In this document: positions 52,935 through 64,000 of the stretch, in pieces
Layout: each line of letters opens with the position of its first letter
Position numbering within the stretch: the stretch's first letter is position 1
NCBI GenBank assembly: GCA_000182565.2
Contig: KQ257460.1
Origin: Spizellomyces punctatus DAOM BR117
Lineage: Eukaryota
Length of the DNA stretch: 64,000 nt
Strand: one strand, 5' to 3'
The notes under the pieces: generated by a model
The model's database searches: none
The model's input: the letters and a program-made list of their open reading frames with translations, nothing else
What the model was told of the DNA's origin: nothing
Translations under genes and position numbers: made by a program

Positions 52935-55116
52935 ATGTCACTCTGGAGGATTCCACTGCAGCAATCACTACGGCATGCAGTGCAAACGAGGGGATTCACA
53001 AGGGTGTGTAGAGGACCTTGTATACGGGGCATACGGCTGGGTTTAGGGCATGGCGCGAGAGTCGTTCGTCCGGTCATTGCTCGCACTGCAGCAACTGCCA
53101 CCACCACCGCATCCTCCACACAGTTGGAACCACACCATGGTACAGAACCCACATCACCGTCATCGCAAGGACCCGCTGCAAAGTATTCCAAACTCGTCAA
53201 ACAAGGCTCCCTGAGAGACGACCCTCACCAACGCGAAACAGTCCGTCTCTTGCAGGACTTGTATGACCGACTGCAGTTGTACACACCTCCTCCCATTCAG
53301 CAAGTCGCCCTTGAATTGGATGATCATGTCCCTATTCATAAACAAAAGGGGAGGGACGACATGTTGTCTCCTGATTTTGCGTGGATAAAAGAGAGTGAAG
53401 AGAACCTATTGTCAAAGGTAACTTGCTAAGGTGCAATCTGGCAATGTGATGCGGAACTAAGGAGACGATGAGTTGTCAAGCTTCTTTACCAGGAGGAAAA
53501 AACAGCAGCAAATGGTTGAGCAAAAGGGCCCAACGGGACTGTATCTCTACGGCGACGTTGGAACGGGGAAGACCATGGTCATGGGTAAGATACTGAACAG
53601 TTTCCGGTCAGGCGTCGTCCGATTTGTCTAACGTCCTTGTGAATAGATTTGTTTTACAACACAATACATGTCGACCGCAAGCGTCGCGTCCATTTCCACG
53701 CCTTCATGCAGGACGTACATCGACGGATTCACCAACTGCGAACTCAAAAAGGGGTCACATACGATCCATTACCGATTATCGCAACCGAGTTGGCAAACGA
53801 CGCGTGGCTGCTCTGCTTTGACGAGCTTCAAGTGACTGATATTACCGATGCCATGATTCTGAGGTATGCGCGTTTATGCTGCATGCATTTCACGCAATTC
53901 GACGCCCGCATAACTGGAACGCTCCTCTTCACACAGGCGGCTGTTTGATGAGCTCTTTAAACGAGGCGTAGTGGTCGTCACAACGTCCAATCGTCCTCCA
54001 GATGGTATGTAAACAACTGAAACAGCCTGTTAATCGTTGCTTCGAGATGTTGCAATAACACATTCTCACAGAACTGTACAAGAATGGAATACAGAGACAG
54101 AGCTTTCTGCCTTGTATTGCGCTGTTCAAGGAAAGGTGTCATGTGCATTCCTTGAATTCAGGGATTGATTACCGAAAACAAGGTAAATACTCCTTACTGG
54201 CTCTTTGTATGTGCCTCTTCCTGAGCTAACAACAATATCTTGCATGGGTACTTAGAGCGCGAGCGCCTAAGAGTGTACTTTACGTGAGTGACATTGCTCC
54301 TTTGTTGTGTTCCTTTCTTGTACTCACCGCTTGGTTAACTTTGGACACAGCCCGCTCAATCAGAAAACCGAAAAGACCGTGAACCTCATATTTAACAAGC
54401 TTGCTCGAAACGGCAAAGGTAGCATCCTAGCTGTGCACCCAATTCATAAGCGCCTAATGTACACTCATTTATCCATAGTTGAATCCACGACTCTGACCTT
54501 TTTGGGCCGCTCTCTTACCATCCCCGATACCTCCAGTGGTGTCGCCAAGATCTCCTTTCAGGAAATCTGCGGCGAACCGCACAGCGCGGCCGACTACCTT
54601 GAAGTCGTTCGCAACTTTCACACAATTATCCTCACCGACATTCCCCGCATGACGCTAGACCACCGAAACGAAGCCCGCCGTTTCATCACCTTTATTGATA
54701 CCATGTACGAAAATAAGACGAGGCTACTCATATCAGCAGACGCAGAGATATTGGAGCTATTTACTGGAGATGTACCTCGGGTGTCTGAGGGGAGCCTTGT
54801 GGCTGCCGAGAGAATGTTGATGGATGACTTGAAATTGAGTCCAGAGCAGGTGGGTGAAGAGATGATGGATAATAATGGATGATTACCGCATGCAACGGCG
54901 TGTATTGACCCCTCTCGTTGCAGTTGACAAGTTCAATCTTCACTGGTTCTGAGGAAGTGTTTGCCTTCCAGCGAGCTGTTTCACGATTAATTGAGATGCA
55001 AAGCCATCAGGTATGGGACCTGAGTTTTTTACCATTACTTTATTCCGTCTGAATTCTTTTGGCACCAGTGGCTTGGGGATGATCTCAAACAGATTCTTAT
55101 GACGCGTGAAGTGTAG
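52935..55116 (+). CDS. AFG1: AFG1/LACE1 (ZapE) mitochondrial ATPase, multi-exon
   Basis: [94 protein letters not shown]. Confidence 0.96.
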
Positions 55117-55238
55117 ATGAGTAGATAGAGATGTGGTATTGTAGCTTTTTAGAAAGACGTGGGCTTAGAGTAGCAGCGTTATGGTATTTTCGTATATTTT
55201 TATTCTATATTATTAGCTGGGGTCAGAGTTCGAATTTG

Positions 55239-55570
55239 GATGGAATAATATGTAGATGGGCTGCGTCTTGTCTCACAACGAGGTTCATTTTACTCTATTT
55301 CTTGTGGGCATATCATCTTACGATCAGGGAGTGTCCGCTACTCGCTACAGTGCTCATAACCCCCTACCCTTCAGTGGAAACTGGGATATGACAAGAGAAA
55401 CGTAAGATGGGATAATGTGTGCATAGGCTGCGTCTTTCCTCACAGCCAGCTGATTTACTCTATTTCTCGTGGGCATATCATCTTACGAGCAGGGAGTGTC
55501 CGCTACTCGCTACAGTGCTCATAACCCCCTACCCTTCAGTGGACACTGGGAAATGACAGGAGAAGCGTAA
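55239..55570. repeat. Intergenic tandem duplication, period about 167 bp, two copies
   Basis: ggctgcgtctt at 55259 and 55426. The shared core gtgggcatatcatcttacga...cttcagtgga.actggga differs at only two positions. Confidence 0.92.
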
Positions 55571-55724
55571 AAGGTAGCTTTGGAGAAAAAAACAAACGGG
55601 TAACATTATAAAAAAGACTGCTCGGACAATGGCCGAGACTGATAGGGCCTTAAACACCACCATCCTTTATCGCCTCAAAGTCCTCCAGCTAAAAACACCA
55701 CAAATCGCCTTCCATACATCCTCC

Positions 55725-56118
55725 TTAACCCTTGTTTGGTCCACTCCCCTGAACACTCTTGACAACCGGAACGATAATAACAATCAAAATCACAATCACA
55801 ATAGCCGCAATGATGAGTTTGAGCTTCAAATCCTTCCACCACCTGCAAAAAATAAAAATCACCAAGAAATGAGCACACCGTAACATTCAAAAAGCTCTAT
55901 TTCAACGTCCACACAAACACTCACATTTGCCTCCGAACTTTGGTAGCCCCCCTTTTAAACTGCAACGCCCCTTGCTGAAGATCATCCGTCTTGTTTTGTA
56001 GGGATTCGAGTCGTTCACCGCGAGCCATGACTTTCTCGATATTGTTGTGCATGATGCCAATGACCTCGTCCACTTGGTTCTGGACCTGAGCGGTCTTTTG
56101 GTTTGTTGGTGACGACAT
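55725..56118 (-). CDS. SNC1: Synaptobrevin/VAMP R-SNARE, one intron
   Basis: VQNQVDEVIGIMHNNIEKVMARGERLESLQNKTDDL...FKRGATKVRRQMWWKDLKLK followed by a TM segment. Confidence 0.96.
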
Positions 56119-56679
56119 GTTCGAGTCTTTGTGGAGGGGATTGGAGTCAAAAGTACTAGACACAAACTCGAGAGGTTTCAAGCAGCAAATCCGTCGTTTT
56201 TATAAAAAAAAGCTTTTTTGCCTCCGTATGTTGTGCACCACCCAAAAATCCAAAAAGACATTATTCCGATCCCCAAGGCCCTCATCTTTTATGTCTGGAT
56301 ATAGTAACATGGTATCGGTTGCCGAAACGTCTAGAATTGCAGCTTCATGTGATGCTGCGCAAGACAATGAGGGTTCTTGGAGGGTGATGCTTACGTGGTT
56401 TTGTTTTACGGCTTGTTCAGCATTCATCTTCTTTTTTGGGTTGTCTTGTTAACAAGGGTACATTGAAAGAGACTGCTCTACCTTCCATTCTCGACGTTGC
56501 CTTTACTGACGTTGTTAAGAACGGTCTTTAGCATTCCACCCACATGGTGGATGACTAACGAATGTAAGTAGACAGGATCTCTAGATACATATGATGTCCG
56601 GCCAGTCAACATACACTATACAACTCCACCATAGACGCACCCGGTCATCATACACTATACAATCATTATCTAGAACGGC

Positions 56680-57654
56680 CTAAGTATTATTCATCAAGTA
56701 CTTACCATAAACCCCGCAAGCCTTCTCTACACCTCTAATAAATCCTGGCACACCCCATCTAGCCGCCCAGTCAACAACAAAAGCAGGGATACGTCCCTTC
56801 GGATCATCAAAATAGTGCATTGCAATCAACGTCCCTCCATCCTTATCAGCTCGTAGATCCATACGTTGTACATAGTGATCGACTCGGACGAGTCCACGGG
56901 AATATGGAGGTATTGTTGATGGCAGAGAGGTGCATGAGATACTCGTAGTCAGCGAGTGTGGCGATCGAATTTGTCGGACATGGACACTGTACACGTATTC
57001 GCGATGTGATAGAGGGAAAGGGTAACGGGTTCCGTGATGATATAGCACTGGAGATACATGTAGCTCACGTAGCATGGTTGCTCTCTGATGGACAATGTCA
57101 TCCACCGACACGTTGGATTGGACATCTATACGAGAACCAGTAAGAAGCGGAAAACTGATAGAGACATAGAATGATTCTACGCTACCGCTACGGTCTAAAG
57201 ACTTGTTTAGCGACGCTGCTGGCTCGACCATCTTGGTAAAGAGAATATGTTTATCCCACGTCTGGCGAAATTGCATATCAAGCCATGCGCAGAGTACTAG
57301 ATCTGGCGAGGATCGCGGGATACGTCCGAGAGCTCTATATTCGTATATTGCAGAAGCAGTATGTGTCTTCTCGACTTGTGCTTGCGTTTTCATCAATGCT
57401 GTGTTGCTTGGTCTTCGCCGCCGCCATACTTCAAACCCTTCCACTTTGACATAAGGTTGGTATCCTTGGAAGAATTGCTCTGGAGTTTGGTCGAGGAAAT
57501 CTACCTCCTCCTCATTGACTTCTGTTTGCACACTCTTTGCATCCGCCAATTGTCCCCCAGTCGTCAACACTGTAGAGGACCATCCACATCGCGAGAGATT
57601 GACAGCGGCATAGAACGAAAGTCCTATTCCAGGCACCCCTCGAAGCCAGGACAT
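56680..57654 (-). CDS. START domain lipid-transfer protein (PCTP/STARD7-like)
   Basis: YEYRALG, DMQFRQTWDKH, YPFPLSHREYVY, YFDDPKGRIPAFVVDWAARWGVPGF. Confidence 0.85.
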   Translation of the reverse strand: MSWLRGVPGIGLSFYAAVNLSRCGWSSTVLTTGGQLADAKSVQTEVNEEEVDFLDQTPEQFFQGYQPYVKVEGFEVWRRRRPSNTALMKTQAQVEKTHTASAIYEYRALGRIPRSSPDLVLCAWLDMQFRQTWDKHILFTKMVEPAASLNKSLDRSGSVESFYVSISFPLLTGSRIDVQSNVSVDDIVHQRATMLRELHVSPVLYHHGTRYPFPLSHREYVYSVHVRQIRSPHSLTTSISCTSLPSTIPPYSRGLVRVDHYVQRMDLRADKDGGTLIAMHYFDDPKGRIPAFVVDWAARWGVPGFIRGVEKACGVYGKYLMNNT

Positions 57655-58066
57655 TTGACGGCCGAGCGCAAGCAACAAAAGCAAAAAAAACAAAAAGAAA
57701 GCAGTTGATAACTCTAGAAAAGTCCGTTCAACACTCGCAATTCAACCCTGCAGGGGGGGGCGTGCTTGATTAGGTGAGCTTAATCAGCCACATTCTTGTG
57801 GCACGCGGCGAACATCTTTCAAAGCGTTCAACGGGAACCCCGCCCCCCTCCTTCTTCTTTGACTTTTCGAGAAACCCATCGTTTTCTTCATCCCGGCAGC
57901 TAGTGCGCTTTTGTTTAGGTTCCCTATTCCTTCCGGCCGCAACTGCTCTACAGTGTACTTTGTTCGCCAGCCCCAAAAGTCGCGCTCATCGTTCGCCCCA
58001 TCGTTGAACTTTTGCGTTCCTTGTCAAAAAACTACGGTGCTATAAACAACCTATACCCTGTTCCAC

Positions 58067-59937
58067 ATGGCTCCCGTTATCCTCGTCCTAGGTGGAGTTG
58101 GCTTCATTGGCCGTAACTTTATTGCCTATATTATCGACAACAACCTTGTCGACCACGTACGCGTTGCGGACAAGGCGCTTCCTGCCACCGCCTACCTATC
58201 GGATAAGCACAAAAAGGTGTTTGACGATAAGCGAGTGGAATTCAAGCAAGCAAACTTGACGAATACTGGTATGTTAAATGTAGTGTGATATGAAATGCTT
58301 GGGAAAACACGTCGCAACTGTGGCCGGTAGACTGGGTTTTCTGAATCTTTACGTACGATGCCCTCTGGACCATGTGTGCCAAGAATGATTCCATGAGACT
58401 GCAGATGGCAATATTATGCGTACTCTTCTGTGCCGATTCTCACGTAGCATCTTTTTCTGCATCTGTTTCCAATTAGCTGCTGTTGAGAAAATCTTTACGC
58501 GAGATGATGGCAAGGAATTCGACTACGTGTTCAATCTGGCGGCGGAGACAAAGTACGGGCAGTCAGACGAGGTATACGACGAGCGAACCTTCCAACTCTC
58601 GGTTGCTGTGGCGAAAGAGGCGGCCAAGCGCAAAGTAAAAGTCTTTGTGGAAGTCAGTACTGCACAAGTATACGAATCGGACAAGGTGTGACCCGTGGTG
58701 GTTTGGCAGATCTAAACCCAAGAGGTTGACAAGTAATTGGCAAAATACAGAAACCATCCGCCGAAGAGGGCAAGCTCAAACCTTGGACGGCAATTGCCAA
58801 ATCCAAGTTGAAGGCTGAGGAAGAGTTGAAAAAAATTTCTGGGTATGATTTCTCAATTTATTTGCCTTTATAGCGGTTGCCTGATATGCCCTATCTATTC
58901 CAAACAGCTTGAACTTGGTGATTCTGAGGCCTGCCATTGTTTACGGATGGGGAGACGTTTACGGAATCAGTACGTAGCATGATGTGCAGATCAGCCCGCC
59001 TACCCGCAGCTTTTGCTTATCGACACGTACTCGCTTTGCAGCCCCCCGTCTGATTATGGGTGCTGTTTACCGCCAGTTGAACGAAAAGATGGAGTTGCTT
59101 TGGACAAAGGATCTGAAGATGAACACTGTGCATGTGGACGATGTGGTAGGAAAGACCTCCCGAAGTTGGAATGGTAAAAAGTTCTCCAACTTTGTGTTTA
59201 TGTCATGCCATACTAGGCGCGAGCATTGTGGCATGTAGCGGCCACAAAAGAGGAAAAGGGTGGCCGGACCCGCCCAGTAACCGCTGCCGAAATTTACAAC
59301 CTTGCTGACAAAACCGATACAGGTACCGTTTTACCGCGTCAGCATTAGTCATCAACTTTGTTAAAAACACTCACATGCATTTCCAGATCAAGGGAAGGTC
59401 AACCAGCACATTCAGGCTATTTTCGGCATTGACACGGGCTTTCAGGGGACTATGATTAGTCAATTTGCCAAGGTAAATGCGGCAGAGGGATCGAATTTCC
59501 CTGTGCATGTCACATGAAATTTGTCGAGCGCGGAAACTGATCTCTTGGCGTGTTTGCAGCTGAATCTGGAATCTGTGACGGAAGATGTGAATGATAAACA
59601 CCTTCAGCCGTGGTCAGAGCTATGCAAGGCTGCGGGTGTAACAAACACTCCGCTAACGCCATACCTCGACAAGGAGCTACTGAAGGACAATGCCTTGAGT
59701 GTGGATGGGTCCAAGGTGAGATGTCGCTGCAGCTGATGAATAGTAATGCCGCAGACTAGCTCTTTGACAGTAAACCACGCTCACAAACTGTTGATCTGAT
59801 GTTTTTACCCTCTTGAACAGATTGAGAAAGAACTCGGTTTCACTTACACAGTTCCCCAGTTGACAGAGCAGGAGCTGCGGAAGGTGGTGGAAGAGTTTGT
59901 TGCCAGCAACATGTGGCCCAAAGGGACTACGAAATGA
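58067..59937 (+). CDS. NAD-dependent epimerase/dehydratase (extended SDR), multi-exon
   Basis: LGGVGFIGRN, VFNLAAETKYGQ, EVSTAQVY, KPWTAIAKSKLKAE, LRPAIVYG, MNTVHVDDV, YNLADK, TPLTPYLDKELL. Confidence 0.9.
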
Positions 59938-61539
59938 GCATGTGTAATGATGTGACGGCCTTTAGTAACGGACGGTGGAATAGAAAATAGATCTTGTTGG
60001 CGATGGACACCAGTTGCTGAGGAAAAACAAAGCGACAAGGGATGTGGGGTGCGGGATGTTAGGTATACTATGTGGACAGCCACGTCTTGATGATGTATTT
60101 CTAGGGGATGGTTTAATATTGTTTTGGTGGCAATGTATCTGGAGTATTTGGCTCTTCTTGCACATCTGGCTTATATGCACATCTGGCTTGTAGTCCCCAT
60201 GGGAACTTTCGTCAATGGTTAGCAATTGCATTGTTCCAGTCGCTGTTTCTTGATGGACCTGTCTCGTCCTCTATCTTGCGTACCCAAGGATTACTGGCGT
60301 ACCATATGGGAAACCGCTGCCTGCCACATGGCACGCATGCAAAAGGAAAAATCCAGCTGAATGTTTTGCTTACATAACCAAACTCCGCTGACCGTGTGTG
60401 TTTTTGCATACTGAGTTTATGGTTTCGTGCATGACCGACTGTTATCACCTTATATTGAGCGTATACAGAACAATGCCAGACGTTTTAGAAATTGTAGTCA
60501 CTTTCTATTTGTTGTGTATGACGTTGCCGAACCGGCTAGAAGGTAGACCAAAGGTACCGCTGCTAGAACGTAGCGTTATGCTTTACGCTAAAGAGACAAG
60601 ACACTATATTTTTTGTTTGTCTTGTTTGTTATTGTTATTGTAAGAGACACTTATGACCTTTCGAAAAAACATCAAGTTTGTCTTTCATTTCGCCCCATTC
60701 AACATTCGCCATTGTGACACTCGTTTGTAACATGGGCATGAGATCTGGAAACTTCAAGATACCATGCCAGAGTATTGATCCATTGAGTATACCCGACTAA
60801 GGGTGCATGCTCCGTGATATGAATGGAAACCTGAAGTTACCTTGACAGGTCGTGAATAGCCCCCCACTTAGTGTCATGAAATTGAATAGAGCGCGTTAAA
60901 TCATACAGGACAATGATCAGACTGGGCCAGTGCCATTAAGCATATACCTATTGTTCAAGGAAATGGTTGAGGTAAATACCCATGCAATGTACCAAATGGA
61001 GGGCCCATTTCCTGTTCAGTGACCCTCATTGTGGCATTTGCCAGATACGTTAAAATATCAAGATGCTTCCCATGGTTCATTGAAAGCTCAAAAGAATCAG
61101 CGTTTCTTTTTTTTTCACTGGAGGCCATTTCATCGGGTTGGCTCGTGGATGCTACATGGCGCGTGCTGTTAAATCCCCCCAGCCCTCTGTGTGTAGTTTT
61201 GCCACCCGTCAGTTTGGGGGTTTTTGAAAATAGTAAGTCATTAAGAGATTAGGGTATTGATACATGTTGTTGTGGTTCGGAGGTTCATATTTTGCCCAGT
61301 TTATATTTCCCAGCAGTGCAAGGGATAGCCCTTCCTATCCCGTCCACCCTTTCTTTCTCAAATTCATTCGTTTGTCTTGCGGATTTCTGAAAGGGCCTTT
61401 TGAAACCAGAACGTTTTACGCGCGTTTTGTCAGCAGAGTTTAGAATACCCTTCCAGCTCCGTTTGGTGTAAGCTTCTTTACGTTCCCATCCTTCCTGTTC
61501 GTTGAACACTTTTGGGCCTTTCTCCGCGATTTTGAATTC

Positions 61540-62928
61540 ATGGAAAGGCCACATTCGAGCGACACAGCTGTTATTCCGGGGAGCGCACCACCTCCCAGTA
61601 TGAGAACGATTCCTTCGGCAGCGCAACCGACATTTCACGGTTACGTTGCATCGACGCAGGATTGCCTTGTCTTATTTGAAGCGTGCCGTGTGGGTGTGCT
61701 GAAGAGGATTCAAAGGAGATTGACCGAACAGGAAAGGGAAAAGTGCATTAAGAGTGGTTCAGTCTTTGTATGGGAGGAAGGTGAGAGCGGGATAAAAAGG
61801 TGCGTTGTTATCATTTTTACAACTGATAATAGGCCTGAGGTTAACTGTTACGTTACGTATCTATTTAGATGGACTGATAGCAAAAGTTGGAGCCCTTCCA
61901 GAATCAAGGGGAGTTTCCTCGTTTACCGCGAGGTAGACGAGGCTACCGCGCGTCGCCGCGCGTCCTCCGTTACCTCGGATGACGAGCCTTCCTCCCCGAA
62001 CACGGCTAACCTGGATCAGGATCAACGACGCAAGTACTCCTCCGACTCTGGAAAAAGCAACCAAAAACCCTCGCAGCTTCTCACAAAAAAGTCGATATCA
62101 GTGCGCACCAAAGAAGGCGGAAAATTACATGTTGTCTGTTATTACACAAAGTCTGATGTAGCAGCTGGGAGGTTGTTGACCCCCCGACAAGATTCCAACC
62201 TTGCACAGTTGGCGGTGCGGGTGGGACTTTATCCTGATATCATTCCGGAGGTTTCAACATTAGGACCTGCAGCCCAAAATACGCCACCGATGGAAATAAG
62301 CTCGCACGCTCAAACGTCACCAACCGTAACAGATCAACGTCCAAGAATCCCGTCTCACCGCAGTATTCTGCCCCCATCATCGACGTATACTTCTCGTCTT
62401 GATGAACCTCGCACTCCAGATGCCATTTACGCTATCAGCGCTGCAAAATCCCAAGAGTATCCGTACCAAATGTCCCCGGCCCGACGGGACGAATATCCAT
62501 TCCCAATTGTTTCAGACGGAGGAGTCAGGCATCACAATGTAGATGGTCCAATCACGGCACCCACCGTGTCATCGTATCCCAAGTATCCACGTCGAGCCAT
62601 GGAGTACCGAGACGGGCCAACGGGATCGCAGAGAAACTACCGTCTACATCCCTACCAACGCCAACACTCGAATTTTTCAGGATACACCTCCCCGCGCACG
62701 ACGCACGATGTACCGGATCACTTGTTTGCACATGGTGAGAGGGAAGTGTATGGAGATCGAGTTGACCAATATTTGACACAGCAACAGCCGTGGACCGCCT
62801 CGTCTCCTCAACGACCGCAGCAGCAGCAGCAGCAACAGCATCAGCAGCAAGCGCCTGGTCCTAGATTGCCGCCATTGAGAATGGCTTTGTCGAGGGCAGA
62901 TGAGGAAGGGCGGTGGCGGGGTTATTAG
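61540..62928 (+). CDS. Gti1/Pac2 (WOPR) family transcription factor
   Basis: TFHGYVASTQDCLVLFEACRVGVL, RRLTEQER, IKSGSVFVW, GIKRWTDSKSWSPSRIKGSFLVYRE, LTKKSISV...LHVVCYY. Intron at 61800-61868. Confidence 0.94.
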   Translation: MERPHSSDTAVIPGSAPPPSMRTIPSAAQPTFHGYVASTQDCLVLFEACRVGVLKRIQRRLTEQEREKCIKSGSVFVWEEGESGIKRCVVIIFTTDNRPEVNCYVTYLFRWTDSKSWSPSRIKGSFLVYREVDEATARRRASSVTSDDEPSSPNTANLDQDQRRKYSSDSGKSNQKPSQLLTKKSISVRTKEGGKLHVVCYYTKSDVAAGRLLTPRQDSNLAQLAVRVGLYPDIIPEVSTLGPAAQNTPPMEISSHAQTSPTVTDQRPRIPSHRSILPPSSTYTSRLDEPRTPDAIYAISAAKSQEYPYQMSPARRDEYPFPIVSDGGVRHHNVDGPITAPTVSSYPKYPRRAMEYRDGPTGSQRNYRLHPYQRQHSNFSGYTSPRTTHDVPDHLFAHGEREVYGDRVDQYLTQQQPWTASSPQRPQQQQQQQHQQQAPGPRLPPLRMALSRADEEGRWRGY

Positions 62929-63215
62929 ATGGACATTGCATGGGATGGCGGATATATATACCAAACGATCCATCATTGCTTGCACTGTTTTATTATTACT
63001 TTTTTTTTTTGCTTATTTCTAGTCTGTAATAGAAAGTGCAGTTTTCTTTTTCATTCATTTTCCTTTTTGTTGTTTTTTGGACCAATGTGCCTTTAGGTGG
63101 ACGTAACAGTTGGCTTTGACGGGCTGGCAATAAAACCAGCTTTCAAAAAAAACTCTTCTGCATCTGACCAGTAAAAATCGTGATTCGTGGAAAAATCAGG
63201 GATTCAAACTTTGTC

Positions 63216-63232
63216 GGGGGGGGGGGGGGGGG
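63216..63232 (+). repeat. Poly-G tract (G17)
   Basis: Read directly from the sequence. Confidence 0.85.
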
Positions 63233-64000
63233 CAAATCCAGAACCCTGGTCAAGTTTAATTTCTGGAAACTTGATATCAACAAACACGAGCCTCCGATGC
63301 ATTTATTCAATAAACGACAATGTGTGTCGAGTTTACGGTTTTGCATTATGCAATCTTTGCTTGTCTTGTATTCACAGCAGAATAGCTTTCAAGCTTCCGA
63401 ATGGTGTGATACACAGTTGGCCCTTATCACTGCTGAGGTGGTTCCCTTCGCAAGGATTGAGATGCTTATTATGAGGGAATGAGATCTTTTGTGCTGGTAG
63501 AGTTGAGCTTGCCATCTTTCTATCATAGCCGTAGCGGTTGAACCACATTGGACAGTTGATTAAGGCAAGTCTCACCTTGGCAACTGTTGGGTGCCGTTGC
63601 CCTTTACTGGCAGAGGCATTTTATTTTATGGGCAGCGATATGGGTGCATGAATAGCCACAATGGGTGGCGAAGTTTTCTATATAGTGGTTGATTGACGCT
63701 CATACAATGGGCATATCTGAGCGTTGACTTGAGATCGCAGTTAAATGAATAATCAGGTGAAGCCAATGCGTTCACACCCCGCAATATTCCTTGAGCCCCA
63801 TCATTCATGCGGATCAATCCCGCAAGCTTGAAGGTTCCTAGGTTAGTGTCTTGCTCGACATTTGACGACTGAAAAAACTCGAAAATGGATTCACAGTACA
63901 TTGTAAATATACCGATATACCACTGCTAAATTCGCAAATAATCTGAATGGACAGCGTCGGAAGTTGCTAGAGCATCAGCCCAGTTGATATTGTCCTTTGG

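Noticed and set aside
55239..55570. Tandem repeat as a hammerhead/HDV/twister ribozyme, SECIS element, or Fanzor omega-RNA/transposon end
   Set aside because: I found no intact CUGAUGA...GAAA core, HDV pseudoknot or SECIS stem by eye. There are no terminal inverted repeats or adjacent TnpB/Fanzor ORF, and no in-frame TGA in the neighbouring genes.
56610..56662. 14-bp direct repeat catacactatacaa in the START gene 3' UTR, and the similar short gcacatctggctt repeat near 60160-60190
   Set aside because: Too short, and the match to Puf-type UGUA elements is imperfect. Probably slippage.

Overview
Gene-dense eukaryotic (fungal) DNA with many short GT-AG introns. It most likely comes from a flagellated, early-diverging fungus (chytrid-like), inferred from an LRRC9-type ciliary gene sitting beside fungal-type WOPR, Zap1 and Hap2 regulators. 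I can support about 32 protein-coding genes: Vps39/TGFBRAP1-like, GlnRS, EI24, Spo7/CNEP1R1-like, AMMECR1, FHIT/Hnt2, Dus4, bHLH TF, threonine aldolase, IAH1, Hap2/NF-YA, aldo-keto reductase, LigB/Memo-fold protein, orphan 7TM protein, NF-X1/Fap1, LRRC9, Pam18, mL53, PPR, Zap1-like, Maf, acidic tail-anchored protein, inositol monophosphatase, Sec20, Ynd1, beta-adaptin, a small orphan, Afg1, Snc1/VAMP, START protein, NAD epimerase and a Gti1/Pac2 TF. I recognised no tRNA, rRNA, CRISPR array or transposase. The most notable signals are: an AMMECR1 gene about 11 kb from a LigB/Memo-fold gene, echoing the prokaryotic AmmeMemoRadiSam association; a 5-nt microexon that completes the FHIT PGHVL motif; 28 of 32 genes in head-to-head pairs; a sub-kb oscillating CA-rich/GT-rich strand asymmetry; a 167-bp intergenic tandem duplication with a near-identical core; a tandem exon duplication multiplying SIM-like motifs; and an orphan GPCR-like protein. 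Family calls come from recalled motifs, not database searches. Exon boundaries were read by eye and are approximate.
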